This document shows, in pieces, positions 51,304 through 63,813 of a stretch of 64,000 bases of DNA; position 1 is the stretch's first letter, and each line of letters begins with the position of its first letter. The stretch comes from Bugula neritina (lineage: Eukaryota > Animalia > Bryozoa). Below the pieces are notes generated by a model. The model was not told where the DNA came from and searched no databases. It saw only the letters and a program-made list of their open reading frames with translations. Where the stretch lies: contig OZ037766.1 in assembly GCA_964035545.1 (NCBI GenBank), forward strand, positions 12,080,722 to 12,144,721, in the 5' to 3' direction. Position numbers and translations under genes: made by a program.

Positions 51304-54300
51304 TCTCTACCTATGAACAAAACCAGAGCTTTAGCTAATACTAATAGCCATATGAACAGCATAGGCAGGCAGCTACAAATACAAGCTTACAACTCTGAAT
51401 ACCTATCAACTGTACACTTTAAATACACTTGCGAATCTATTGTCAACTTGGAATCTCAAATGATTCACGTAGGTACTAGTATTAGGTGCAAATTTTATTG
51501 AGAGAATCTTAGTACATGTTGTATAATTAAAAAAGAGTTGCCCGCGCTTACCTTGCTTTGAATTAGTACAACACCCACCCAGTACAACGCTACAACTAAA
51601 ATATTACTCTCAATGAATATTTGCTCATTGCCAAATGATTTGCTGTCTACAATCACTTTTTACAATTGACAACAATAGTTTATACTAATAACTCAGGTAT
51701 GAATAGGCTTGCATTGATGTTATTGACTAGCTCCATTGTTTTGCCTCAGTTTATAGGCAAGCCATTGATATATTATAATGTGTTTGATTCATAGTCTGTT
51801 GAATTGTCTCATGGGTTTGAAATAAACAAGTATTTAATCATTCTTTACTTGGTTGTCACTTGACTAGTTTTCATCAAATTTGAGATTTTAAATTCAAGTG
51901 CCACCTTAAAAAGCTTATGACAAGTTCTAGTAGCATGTTGGGCAATAAAAGAAAAGTATATATAATAGGCATTAGAGTTAGCAAATCATTGCTACAAATG
52001 AGCAATGCTGTTACTATAAATTATATATTATTCTTGAGTAAGCACAATGGTGCTTATTTATACAAATACATTTATTGATTGAGACTACTTTTGTTTAGTA
52101 ACATGCCCCTAGTAAAAGTAGGCTTTTACAACCTATGTAGTGCACAAAGATCAGTGGACAGAGTGCTGCAATGGTTGAAAACACATTTAATTATAAGTTT
52201 GATTGCATTTGATGTGTTGATCTTTTTAGTCCTTAGTTTAAAAAAGAAAACTTTATTGAGCAACAATTCTACAATATAGTGTAGCTATGAAATCAGAAGC
52301 TACCTAGCCCCCTCCTATCCTGCACAAATTTCAGTTTAGAGCTTTTACTATTACTTGGGTCTGTAATAAAGCATCTCACTTGTACCGCAGCTCTTACAAC
52401 AAAATGTAGACATTTTCAACCTTGCACTGAGCTATTACAAACACAGTTTCGTTAGTCTTTTAAAGCTGAAAAATGGCAACTTTGACCACTTATTATCTTA
52501 ATTGTCAAGCACATATTGAAAACTATCAGCTAATTAGTGTTCTTGTTATTGTATATAATACTGGATTAAATGAACAGCATAGAAGTTAAATCAATTGAAA
52601 AGTCAGATTGTACCAGGTTATTGATTCCTTTAAACAATGATTTCAAGCCACATGTTTTGTCACATAAGCTGTTCAATACAGCAGCTAGATGGCTGAGGCA
52701 TGCTTTTTTATTAACCTGTAAAATTTATATTTATATTATTCAAATTCAATTAGACAGGATTGGCTAGTGTGCTGTGGCCAAATAGAATTATGCAATACCT
52801 TGAAAAAATAACTAAATATTTAAGCACTAGCCATGGTTGCTGTTTTGTCCAAGTACATTATGATTGCGGTAGAGTCATTCTGTACTCAGGGCAATGAAGA
52901 CTCAACTATTAGGTACTAAGTGTTTCTAAATTTTTACTGTACTCTGGTGATGTTGCTTGATATCTAACTGCCTCTACTACATGTATAACTAACAAGCTTC
53001 ATATTTTTAAGCCTTCATAGCACAGGCTCATTCTTTATGTTAATGATAAAATACTTATAATCTACGTTATTGAGCTACTGTATCAAGAGCACATTAATTA
53101 TAAATCATTACTAGGACTATGCATACAACTCACCTTATAATAAAACTAGTAAGTAATCAGATCAGTTTCTTGTCACACAAAGCCTTTCATTCTAGAGTTA
53201 GTGTCAAGGGTTTTCATTAACAGTCACCACTTTTTATTCATTTTAGTAGATCAACATGGATGTCCATTCAACTGGATTAACTAAATATTAGCATGCAAAG
53301 CCTATAGCAGAGTGAGCCTGAGACATAAAAAATGTATTTCAATTGCCTGTCTAGTCTCATAAGTCAGTTAAAGATATACAACTCTTAACGATAACTCTAT
53401 TCAAACAGTTTAAATAGGCAAAAGTGATTGGTCGAATTCTTGACCGATAACTAGCAGTTATTGTAAAGCCTTTTATTCTTTTCTCAAAGCCAGTTTTGAG
53501 CTGGCCACACCCATCAAAAAGAAGACAAGTCCTAAAAACTAAATTACATCTGTATGTATAATATAATATAAAGAAGTCATGGAGAATAAAAAAAAATTAC
53601 ACTGTTTATCAGAAATGATTCCAAGTATAACCTTGAGTCTGGCATCTATTCTTTTAATCGCTCAAGTGAGTAGTAGATATATAGAAATTTACAAATGAAT
53701 TCTAGAAGACCCCTAAGTCAAGACAACAATACCAATGCAGGGACAACAGGCTATATCCCACTAGTACATAGCCTGTGAACTGTGTTAACAAAGGAAAGTG
53801 AAACAGAGGTAATTCACAGCTACTGGTCATAGTCATGATAGATTTAGATTATTTCTTGTTTATCATTTAGTCACTAATGACTATTAGAATAATAAGAAGT
53901 GAACTATTTATCTATAAAACTCATTGCTAATTAGCAACATATTATATAAATATTTGTAGCTGCTGGTACGTCATAATATTTTATGTTGTCTTATATACAG
54001 TTATTTCTATATTTCATGCTAAATCATTAAGTTTTTTATTAGATTTGTATTGTTTATACATGCCAGTATTAATTTGTTATGAAGGTTTAAAATATGGTTG
54101 TATTCACTATAATACAGCATATTATTATATGGGTCTTGAGTTAAAACTAGTCTGAGTAGAGACATGGGAAATTGGGTGTTGCTATTATTTGTCATTTATT
54201 CCAGATAAAGAAAAATATTGTCTCTTCAAGTGGAATTAATGTTTGCACCAATTAAAACAAATATTAGCGTAATATTATACACTGTAAGATACTGTATATG

Positions 54301-55423
54301 TTTATTATTTATATATTAACAAAAAAGATAAACACATATATAAACCGCAGAAAAAATTGATCCTTTCTCATCTGGTGCACGACAACAGCAGAAAACCCTC
54401 TGCAAGAACTTCCTCAGTCTTGTTGAATTGCCATCAGTGACCTCTATTGCCACTCTTTCTGCTATAACAGAGAGGATTGCCAGTGTTCCTTATAGCATAT
54501 CATACTTCGTATAACACAGGTCAAGCATTATATAACAACAAGATACTATTTAATCTTCAGGTGCTAAACAAAGACAATATAAGTTTTATGTATCTATTTT
54601 TAACACTAACTCACCATTATTATATACATTAGTATTAACTTCCCCTCCAGCTTCTTTGACTCTGTTCCCTTCTACCAATTCAGGTCCATTGGCTATCTCT
54701 GTCATTCTATCACTGTCTTTGCCTTTCTCAATTTTACTGAACTCTCCTTTCAGAGCCACGTTTCCACAAATTTCTTTTTGTTCAGTGTTCACTTTTTCAA
54801 TTGACCCCTTTTCTGGAAGTTCTTTCTTATTTACATTTTCAGCCTCTCCTTCATTTTTTCCCATCTCAAGCAGATCTTTCTTTACAATCTCATTAGCTAT
54901 TTCTATCTTTACAATTATTTTTTTGCCATTTTGTTCGTTTACCTCTTTCACTAATCCACTTTTCTCTATGTTTCAAAATTTATCTCTTTCTTCGCCTCCT
55001 TTGATTTCATCAATTTCTCTTTGCGTGGTTTTTTCGTTTTCAGCAGGCCCATCTTTTAGTTTTGCTTTGTTTTCTTCTTTTGGCACTTTTGTCTCAACTC
55101 TACCTTCAGTCTTTGCTTTTGTAACTTGCTTGTCTCCATCGCAACGTTTTTTTACTTCTGCTGTCTCATTTTCTTCTTTTTCCTCAAACTTATGACTTTC
55201 CTTTTCCACCACATTTTTCCCTGCCATCTCAGCCGAGCCGTTATTTGTCCTTCTAAAAAAATTAATATTCAGGCTTAGGTTATATCTGCTTAGCTGAAGT
55301 TGCAAAGTTACATGTTTGCTCACAGTAGCAACTTTTTATAGTTAAAACATACAGTAATAGAGAAGTGAAAGGCTATACTTTTAAAATTATCTAAAATATT
55401 ATATTAATGCATGGATGTCAGAA

Positions 55424-55625
55424 GTAGCTGCAACCTAGTAGTTAAGGCCTATAATGTTGACACACCGTGCGGCTCATGCCCTAATCATTGGTAATGTTAG
55501 AAAGAGCTTCTGGTCACAATTACTTCTGTGCTACAGTAGAAGCCCTCAGACCATGTAGCCAGCATGATCTGAGGCTTAGCCAGCTTAAAAAATCTCCCAA
55601 CGATGAAGGCATTTCACAGGAATAG
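55424..55625 (+). mobile_element. Degenerate SINE copy
   Basis: CATTGGTAATGTTAGAAAGAGC..GTCACAATTACTTCTGTG matches the SINE body. Confidence 0.55.
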
Positions 55626-56518
55626 AGATTTTGAAGCTTAAAATGAGTTTTGTTAAAAGATGTGCTTAAAAACTGTTAAATACTAAAGGTGTTTGACTTA
55701 AACTTAGGAGGCTTAAGAATAATAAAAACAATTTCCTCAGTGTTATCCTCCTTAGTGCCACCAAGGATTATGCAAAATTTGCATCATACTAGTTTGTAGC
55801 ATCTATCTACTGGAACTAAGTTGCTTTTTTAAATAAATATTATTACACATGGTTAATAAAACCTATTGAGTTTAATTATCTCACAAAATACTTTATTAAA
55901 CTTACGAGTACACAAAGCTGTCTACAGTGCCCAACTTCTTAATCAAGTAGTAGATGCAAAAAGGCAATAAAAATATGCATATCATTTGCAATAAAGAAAT
56001 ACTAAAATAAATAATAGCACTTAGTATCTCCATTTTGTTTAATTTAGTCAATCTAATAATTATGGCAATAGTTTGATTGTTGGGAAGAATGTTTACCATA
56101 TTAGGAAATTTGCTGTCTTATTGTTGCAATTAACCTCTACACATATTTTTGTAAACTTTACTGTTTACAATACAATTATTGTTGCATTTATTTAGGATAA
56201 TATTGCTTTTTTATATTAACTGAGAAGTTGTGTTCTCTAAAAGTTTAGTTGCCCAGTGCTTAACTTTATGTTTTTAAATTATCACTCATAAAGAGAAGTG
56301 TATTTTATTAATAATGTGTTAAATTTGCTTTAAAAGTCTCAGCCTTAATAGGATATATGAATAAGGTTTCTTATATATATATATAAGCAACTATTTTGCA
56401 GAACTATGTACCAAAAATTGTATAATAGCTTCCTAAAAAGTGATTAGTTATATATTACAAATCTTATTTTAATTAATACCTATGAAGTTTATTATATTCA
56501 ATTGTATTAAAATGTTTA

Positions 56519-56707
56519 AGGGAGCAGCCGTGGTCTAGGGGTTAAAGGGTTTGCTTAGTAAACAGGAAGTCATGGGTTCGAACCCCGACAAAGGCCATTG
56601 GTGATGTTAGGAAGAGCATCCAGTCATAACTGCTCCTTTGCCTCATTTGGAGCAATTATAAGGGGTTTCTAACAGGGGTAGCAACTATAAACTTGCATGA
56701 GCTTTTT
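56519..56707 (+). mobile_element. tRNA-derived SINE with a 19-bp TSD
   Basis: A box GTGGTCTAGGGG and B box GGTTCGAACCC; TSD AATTGTATTAAAATGTTTA at 56500-56518 and 56708-56726. Confidence 0.88.
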
Positions 56708-59262
56708 AATTGTATTAAAATGTTTATGTAAATATTAACCTTGCATATATAGATATTAAAATATCATATGTCATATTTTATCATAATAATATTTTATTGT
56801 TATATAATATCATGTCACATGCTTGTGCATGGGTCACAGTTGTTCAATGCAAAACTTAAAGAGTTGAATTTTTCTTTTTGCCTGTTCTTCTCCATCATAT
56901 GAAATTAGTATTCCATGACAGTCACAACCGACAAGAAATATAGTATTATTGACATATATTAATGCTGAGTTCTAAAGTAAATGGAGTAAAATACTCACCA
57001 TATTATTGTAGTAAACTGTGAAGTGTCAACAAATTTCGGCTTCATAGAAATTGTTTCAAATGTAACAAAATAATGCATAAGTAACTTCAGGTGAGGTAAA
57101 TTTAAAACATTTATCAAACAAGCATGAGGGAAGCAAAGTTTTTAACCAAACTGTATTTAAAAGGCATGGAAGTTCAGGTGAGATATGAATTTAAGATATA
57201 CTTATCAGACGAGCTAAGCCCATAATATTCATATTAGACTTTAGAGGTTAAGTGGTTATATTAATACTAGAGGTAAAAGGGAGATTGGAACTCATAAGTA
57301 TGTATATTGGAGGAGAAGGAAGAGCAAGTAAATGATGTTTCAAATGTCCCAGTATCCATGCTGACAAGGCTATAAACTCCATCAACTTTCTGAGAAGTAA
57401 ATTTAGTACTGTTTGACTGTATGCTTCATATCAATCATCATATCAATTTGCATGCAGACTAAAGGTTGACTGCCAATTGTTAGAATAATATTGAAAAGGT
57501 TTTACTTAAGTTTTCTTTTTTAAAAGTGAAAAAAAAACTTTAAAAAGGGTTGCATGCTTCTGCAGACAATGTATGCTAATTTAGCTGAACCAAACTAAAG
57601 AACGGTTTAAAGTTTAAGCTAATATTGTAGTGAATTTTGCCAGTTCACTATTATTATGTGTGGGTCTACTTAAACAAAGCCACTGCGACAGGTTGTTTAC
57701 GATAAGATACTTTATTATTTACACAAATACAAGAAGGTTATTTACTGCTAGCACGAATAGAAAACGATTACATAATTAGTGAGCTTTAATACACAACTGT
57801 TCTAAATGAAGTCCCAAGCTGCTCTGCCGGCTAGCTACTCAGCGTACTGCCACTACAAGTAGCTAGCTCCACCTGCTATCAATTAGTGTCACTGTCCTGA
57901 TTGGTGGCTACTAATGGTGCCACTACTGTCCATGGTTACACTCCGACAGTGTCGAACTCCAAGATACATAAAACAATATAGAGTAAACCTTTTCGATTAA
58001 TACAATAATACTTGCACCACTAAAATCTACCACACTCGCCACACCTATCGAAAAGTACACTCTACGATTGATGCACATAATCTCAAAAAAAATAACAAAA
58101 GGAATAAAGGCAAAATAAAACAAAAAGATCAAAACCACCAGGAATGAGAGAACACAAAATATGTATTCAAAACGATGTCCATGTTGTACACGATCGATCC
58201 GGGTCAGTCACAGGGTAGGGGGGGGGGGAATCTCTTCACCAAATGATGTAGGGTAGCATGAACTTAGTGAGAAGGAGATGTACTGCTTCACACTCGTCTA
58301 GTCGAAGCCAAGCGATGGGGGAATCGATGAGTCCCCAGAAGAATCAAGCGTGGCAAAGGAGTCTCTCCCAAAGGGGGGAGAGAGTGGAAGGAATCTCCCC
58401 AAAGGGGGGGAGATGGAGGGGGGTTGACTGGTCTCTTTACTACCAACGTCTACCTCGTCGTTGTCGAATTCCCAAAAGGAAGAAAGGGAAGTCTTCTTCT
58501 TCTTAACTTCTATTTTTACTTTTTAACTTCATGCAGGAATCTTTAATATTACTTCTTCTTCTTATTAGGATGTAGCCACAGGAGAGAAGAGGGAAGAGCT
58601 ACTCTGCCTATACCGGAACGTGATCGCCAGAGGAGGGGAGGAAGGAGCTACGTGCCAGTTGTCTCTGGCACTTCTGTTATGACAGCCATCAGCACTGCTG
58701 TCATGTCGCTACAAGAATCTAGTCAAGCAGCCAGCATCTAGCCAAAAGTTGAGATGAATAATGTGACTGCGCTATGCCATGAGAAGGAATTTGGCCCCGC
58801 CATTCCAGTCTCACCTGCAACAGAATGCCAACAACTGTTGAAGGGGTTTGCACCTGTCAGTACGACACCTCGACTGAGTCTCGCAATCACTAACCACTGA
58901 TTAATAATTAATCATGTGGTCGACCGCCCCACTCAAGTCGTCAGTGAATCACCTGACTTGGGAAATCAACTTTATCGTTATGATAAAGCGAGACTGATTT
59001 AGGCTACCAGCTTGAATTCTACCTAAATAATAGAATTATACTAGTAGACTTACCATAAGACAGCCCTGACTTTAGTCTGCTGCCCACTTAGGCTACGTAG
59101 TGCGCCAGCCTGCCAAGTACATGCGTGCACGTTGGCAGTTGAATCAGAAAAGAACGCTTTCCGCAGTGAAAGTGATTGTATAACCCCCTTTCACTAGCGA
59201 GCTGACTTCGCTCATTTCTTACCCCCGGTGGTGTTTTGTGTCACACCACTGGGGTAGGCAAC

Positions 59263-62200
59263 TCACAATTGCGTCTCCTTATACCTTGGAAACGCAACTC
59301 TCAATTGCTCGTCCCCCCAGATTTCTTTTATGATAGCAGATGGATGTTTTTCCACTGCATCACACAAGAAATCTTTTAAATAAGATGGAGGCGCCCTAGT
59401 GCGTTGGCTACGCTCCAACTGCACTGGGGAATTTGCTACGACTGGTGACTCTTCCACCACGGGTGGTGTCGCCAGTACGGGGGGGTCCACCAGTACGGGT
59501 GGCCCCCCCCCAGCTGCCTCTTCCTCATGATTTTGAGGAATTGCCATCTCATCCGGGACGATGGGCCTGTCGACCGGCTCCACAGGTGGTGGGGCCGGCT
59601 CCGACAGGTCTTCAGGTGTGTCGACCTCCTCTTCCTGGGGTGGAGGAGGTTGGGGCTGGTCGGCTGGCGCATCAGCCGCCCCGTCCTGATCTGGCAGTAT
59701 CTCCTCAATCTCTCGATATGCCATGGGTCGCCCCCTCATAGGAGGGCGCCTAGCTGGCTCTAAGAGAGGAGGTGCTTGACCTGCCGCATCAAGACTTGCC
59801 CAGTGAGGTTTTAGCCGTGCCTCGTTCTGGACCGACACTTGTCCAGACCGTTCCACTTTGTATGTATGATTTGGCATTACCTCAATTACGCAGTAGGGAC
59901 CTACGAACTTCGGCTGCAACTTGGCTGCCTGTCCGCGCCTGCGGCGATGACTGGTCATCCAGACCCAGTCCCCCACCTTGTATAAAGGTGGGTCGTCAGA
60001 GTCACCACTCCTGACCTGCCACTGCTGCTCACGTAGCACCTCGTGAGCCGTCCCCATGCGTTTTACGAGCTTGTCCACGTAGTCGTGGACATTGCTCTCT
60101 GGATTCGGAACATGATAGGTTACGTGCTCAGGAACCCTTGTTTCTCTCCCCAGCATGAGAAAATTAGGGGTCTCCAGTGTACTGGAGTGAGGGGTACTAC
60201 GGTACGCTCGCATGATCTGCGGCAACACCAAGTCCCACTCTTCCTGGCTCCTACCGATAAGCAGGCTTCTCAGAGAGTCCCCTAGCATTCGGTTGTTCCG
60301 CTCCACGACCCCGTTCCCTTGCGGGTGATACGGGGTCGTCCGACTCTGGTTTACCCCCCACATTCTACAGAGATCGCTCATAAGTTGCGACTGAAACTGG
60401 GCGCCCTGGTCAGAGTGTATCTGCTCCGGCAAGCCGAAATAGCAGAACACCTGTTGATCCAGAGCTCTGGCCACCGAGGGGGCCGACGCATCTGGAATAG
60501 CCAGTGCATCAGCCCACCGCGTGAAATGGTCAGTTAATACCAGTATCCAGTTATTACCTCTCGCTGTAGTGGGCATGGGGCCTACCAGATCGACAGCAAC
60601 CACCTGCCACGGACGACCGGCATGGAGGCGACGCCTCCCTGCGGTCTCAGTGGGGCGGCCATGCTTGCTAGCTTGGCACACCTCGCACTTCCGCACCCGG
60701 AGTCGGACATCCCGGGTCATACCGGGCCAAAACCACTGGAGTTGAAGACACCTGATCACCCGGCTAGCTCCTGCGTGAGCTTGCTTATGGGTGTCCCAGA
60801 TCAACTCCCGCCGCAGAGCTGACGGGCAGACTACCCTCTCTCGTTCACTGCGATTGGTGCCGACTGCCAACGTGATCGTTAGCAGCCCATCGCTGTTGAA
60901 CCTTAGGGAGTCCCAGCGGTCACAGAAGTACTTAAACTCAGTACTCTTCACTCGCTGTTCGGCCTCACTCGGCCGCCGTCCCTCCTTCTTGGCCCGGACT
61001 AGGTCAGCTACCACTCCTGGTAGCGTGGACTGGAGCCGACATAGCTCCCTGACGTTCCGAAGCAACGTGGGGTTTGCGTGAAGGTTGTTAACAGCCTTGT
61101 TGGGTGATTCGGACAGGAGTTGCCCTTCTTCCCAGCTGTACACACCCGCTTTCCCCAACTGCGCTTCGACGTCCGAGCGAGGGGGTCCACCGTCCCTGCG
61201 CTCGATATTCTGGCATTGCTTACACCCATCTGCCTGGCGGCGGCTGAGTCCATCTGCATTACCGTGTTTCTTACCGGGTCGATGCTCGATCCGATAAGAA
61301 AACTCTGCCAGGATCTCTAGCCAGCGCGCCACTTGGCTGGATGGTTCTGCCCGTCGACACAGCCATATCAGGGACGCATGATCCGTCCGAAGCCGGAATG
61401 TGCGCCCATATAGATATGGTCTAAAGTGTTTGACCGCCTTGACTACTGCCAAGAGTTCCCTCCTGGTTGTACAGTAGTTCTTCTCAGGCGCCGACAGGGC
61501 CTTGCTATAGTAAGCCACCACCACCTCGCGACCATCTTGGACCTGCGATAGCACCGCCCCCACATTATGGTTACTGGCATCAGTATCCAAAATGTACTCC
61601 TTCGCAGGGTCAGGATACGCCAAGATGGGTGCCTCCACCAGGCGATCCTTCAGGTGGTCAAATGCCTTCTGCTCAGCCTGCGTCCACTGCCATCGCACCC
61701 CCTTCGCGGTCAGCCGATTTAACGGCTGTGCCATTCCTGCGAAGTCTGGTATGTACTGACGATAGTACCCAACCAGCCCCAGGAACGCCCGCAATTCAGA
61801 GAGGTCGACAGGAACGGCCCAGTCCCTCACGGCCCGTACCTTCTCGGGGTCGGTGGCGACCCCGTCTCGACCAACTACATGGCCCAGGTACTTGACCTCG
61901 CATTGCAGTAATGCACACTTCGAGGGCTTCAGCTTCAGGTTAGCAGCTCGGAGTCTGTCGAACACCTCCCTGAGTCGACTGACATGTGTGTCGAAGTCGG
62001 GGGAGATGACGATGACATCATCGAGATATATGAGCAAGGTCTTCCAGTGCAGTCCACTCAGGACCTGCTCCATGAGTCGCTGGAAGGTGGCTGGTGCGGA
62101 CGTAAGTCCGAATGGCAACACCTTCCATTTCCAGAGCCCATCCCGCATTATAAACGCGGCCTTGTCCTGTGCTTCAGGACTCAGGGGCACCTGCCAATAC

Positions 62201-63813
62201 CCGCTTAACAAGTCCAACGTGCTGAAGAACTTGCTACCAGCTAAGGCATCGAGCGACTCATCGATCCTCGGGAGAGGGTAAGCGTCCTGGATGGTCACGC
62301 TGTTCAGCCTGCGATAGTCAACGCAAAACCTCCAGCTACCATCCTTTTTCCGAACCAGGACGACTGGAGAACTCCAGGCCCCATGGCCTGGCTCAATCAG
62401 GTCCCGGTTCAGAAGGTCTTGCACCTGACGGCTCACTTCTCTCTCCTTCTCAGGACCTAACCGGCGGGTCGGCTGCCGAATCGGCACCGTCCCCGCCGCC
62501 AGGGGTATCTCATGACGAACCGTCTCAGTCAGACCCATGTCATGGTCGCCGCAACTGAACACATCCTTGTACTCAGAGAGTAGCCGCGCCATCTCCAGGC
62601 GTTCTCGCTTGCTCTCACAGCCATCACAGGCATCCTCGTACAACTCTGCTACGTGTTCAGGCACCGGCCCCCTGCCGTCTCTAGTGGGTACTCCCTGGGC
62701 ACCGTCCGCTGTTTCCAGCGCGGGCCCTACATCCTCCTCTTGCACGGAGTGGAACTTCCCTACTAGAGACCCAGCCGGTAATTCTACCGGCTCCGTGAAA
62801 GGGTTTACGCACTGGACCAGGAACTCCCTCCGCTCATCCAGTCTATTCAGACTGTTAGCGAGCTGGACGCCCCCCAGTGCACCTTCCACCACTCCGAGTT
62901 CGGAGATCTCCCTACAGTTCACTCTGCAGCGAACTGTAGCCCGGGAGCGCCCAGGTACAGTACAGCGCTGTACCACCTGCACTCCCCCCACCAAAGGTCG
63001 GCCAAATCGGTCGACACAGGCCAGCTCACGCCCCGCCATCACTACTGCCGACTTGCTAAAGTCGATGTAGCACCTGTGTCGCTTCAGAAATGGCATGCCC
63101 AAGATGGCATCCTCCTTGAGTTGACTGACGATGAAGGTCTCACTGATCATCTGATCACGGACTCTACCAGTCAACTGGATTACCCCATAGAAAGGAATAC
63201 ACGACCCGTCCGCCAACGTGCCGTGTTCCCCTTCATATGGTTCTAGGCTAGCCCTGTCCTTGGCACTGAGAGTGTCGAAGAGACGCCGACTCAGTAGATT
63301 TGTGGTACACCCAGTATCCAACAGGAATGTGGCAGCTTTACCAGCAATTTTGCCGGGGAGGAAATAGCTGCTTCCATATGGCTGGGCGCTCACTGAGCGA
63401 TTTGTCTCTTGAGGCGACACCTCATGTGCATGGAATTGGGGATGCACCTGTGCTTTTCGGTTGCGAGGGGGTCGTCGACGTTGCATGGGCGGGCAGGGTA
63501 CGTCTCGGTCTCGCTCACACACGGGCGGCCGAGTGAGTTCTCGGACTGATGCTCGTGTGGGCAACTGAGGAAAATCCCTGTTGTGCTCCCATTCGTCGTT
63601 CACTCCCTCATCAAGCAAACCTTCAAAGCGGTTTTTGAGTGCCCAAGCCGGAGGTATTGGTGGGCCTTGCGGCCGACTCACTCTCCTTGGGACTTGCCAC
63701 TCTGGCGAAGGCGGCCTCCTCACCCGATGGGGTGGGAGCCGTAGCCTTTGCCTTGGGGGGTTAAACTCGGGCCCACGGTAGGCGGAAGTTACCGTGGGCC
63801 GTCGCTGTTTAAC
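59263..63813 (-). CDS. pol: Intact Pol polyprotein (PR-RT-RH-IN-GPY/F)
   Basis: Single ~1520-codon ORF containing LLDTG, YLDD, RNase H, HHCC, DDE and GPY motifs. Confidence 0.96.
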   Translation of the reverse strand, partial: VKQRRPTVTSAYRGPEFNPPRQRLRLPPHRVRRPPSPEWQVPRRVSRPQGPPIPPAWALKNRFEGLLDEGVNDEWEHNRDFPQLPTRASVRELTRPPVCERDRDVPCPPMQRRRPPRNRKAQVHPQFHAHEVSPQETNRSVSAQPYGSSYFLPGKIAGKAATFLLDTGCTTNLLSRRLFDTLSAKDRASLEPYEGEHGTLADGSCIPFYGVIQLTGRVRDQMISETFIVSQLKEDAILGMPFLKRHRCYIDFSKSAVVMAGRELACVDRFGRPLVGGVQVVQRCTVPGRSRATVRCRVNCREISELGVVEGALGGVQLANSLNRLDERREFLVQCVNPFTEPVELPAGSLVGKFHSVQEEDVGPALETADGAQGVPTRDGRGPVPEHVAELYEDACDGCESKRERLEMARLLSEYKDVFSCGDHDMGLTETVRHEIPLAAGTVPIRQPTRRLGPEKEREVSRQVQDLLNRDLIEPGHGAWSSPVVLVRKKDGSWRFCVDYRRLNSVTIQDAYPLPRIDESLDALAGSKFFSTLDLLSGYWQVPLSPEAQDKAAFIMRDGLWKWKVLPFGLTSAPATFQRLMEQVLSGLHWKTLLIYLDDVIVISPDFDTHVSRLREVFDRLRAANLKLKPSKCALLQCEVKYLGHVVGRDGVATDPEKVRAVRDWAVPVDLSELRAFLGLVGYYRQYIPDFAGMAQPLNRLTAKGVRWQWTQAEQKAFDHLKDRLVEAPILAYPDPAKEYILDTDASNHNVGAVLSQVQDGREVVVAYYSKALSAPEKNYCTTRRELLAVVKAVKHFRPYLYGRTFRLRTDHASLIWLCRRAEPSSQVARWLEILAEFSYRIEHRPGKKHGNADGLSRRQADGCKQCQNIERRDGGPPRSDVEAQLGKAGVYSWEEGQLLSESPNKAVNNLHANPTLLRNVRELCRLQSTLPGVVADLVRAKKEGRRPSEAEQRVKSTEFKYFCDRWDSLRFNSDGLLTITLAVGTNRSERERVVCPSALRRELIWDTHKQAHAGASRVIRCLQLQWFWPGMTRDVRLRVRKCEVCQASKHGRPTETAGRRRLHAGRPWQVVAVDLVGPMPTTARGNNWILVLTDHFTRWADALAIPDASAPSVARALDQQVFCYFGLPEQIHSDQGAQFQSQLMSDLCRMWGVNQSRTTPYHPQGNGVVERNNRMLGDSLRSLLIGRSQEEWDLVLPQIMRAYRSTPHSSTLETPNFLMLGRETRVPEHVTYHVPNPESNVHDYVDKLVKRMGTAHEVLREQQWQVRSGDSDDPPLYKVGDWVWMTSHRRRRGQAAKLQPKFVGPYCVIEVMPNHTYKVERSGQVSVQNEARLKPHWASLDAAGQAPPLLEPARRPPMRGRPMAYREIEEILPDQDGAADAPADQPQPPPPQEEEVDTPEDLSEPAPPPVEPVDRPIVPDEMAIPQNHEEEAAGGGPPVLVDPPVLATPPVVEESPVVANSPVQLERSQRTRAPPSYLKDFLCDAVEKHPSAIIKEIWGDEQLRVAFPRYKETQL
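63770..63813 (-). promoter_or_regulatory. Putative -1 ribosomal frameshift signal
   Basis: G_TTA_AAC, a 6-nt spacer and the 11-bp stem GGCCCACGGTA/TACCGTGGGCC. Confidence 0.8.

Larger units (their letters stand above)
54316..57001 (-). pseudogene. E/K-rich protein gene with an in-frame TGA; C-terminal amphipathic helix plus CCC
   Basis: Putative exons ATG 57001-56999, ~55938-55907, 55252-54615 and 54461-54316. ORFs 55323-54973 and 54951-54586 are in the same frame, separated by TGA at 54973-54975. Confidence 0.5.

Noticed and set aside
54656-55195. 179-aa F/S-rich plus-strand ORF
   Set aside because: Antisense shadow of the E/K-rich exon.
56521-56590. tRNA gene
   Set aside because: It has A and B boxes but no convincing cloverleaf, and it continues into a repeated body with a TSD, so it is a SINE head.
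57626-57857. Firm call of a 232-bp LTR for element B (TGTAGTG..CACTACA)
   Set aside because: No clear PPT adjoins it, an alternative start at 57940 is plausible and the partner LTR is outside the window, so the boundary is left unresolved.
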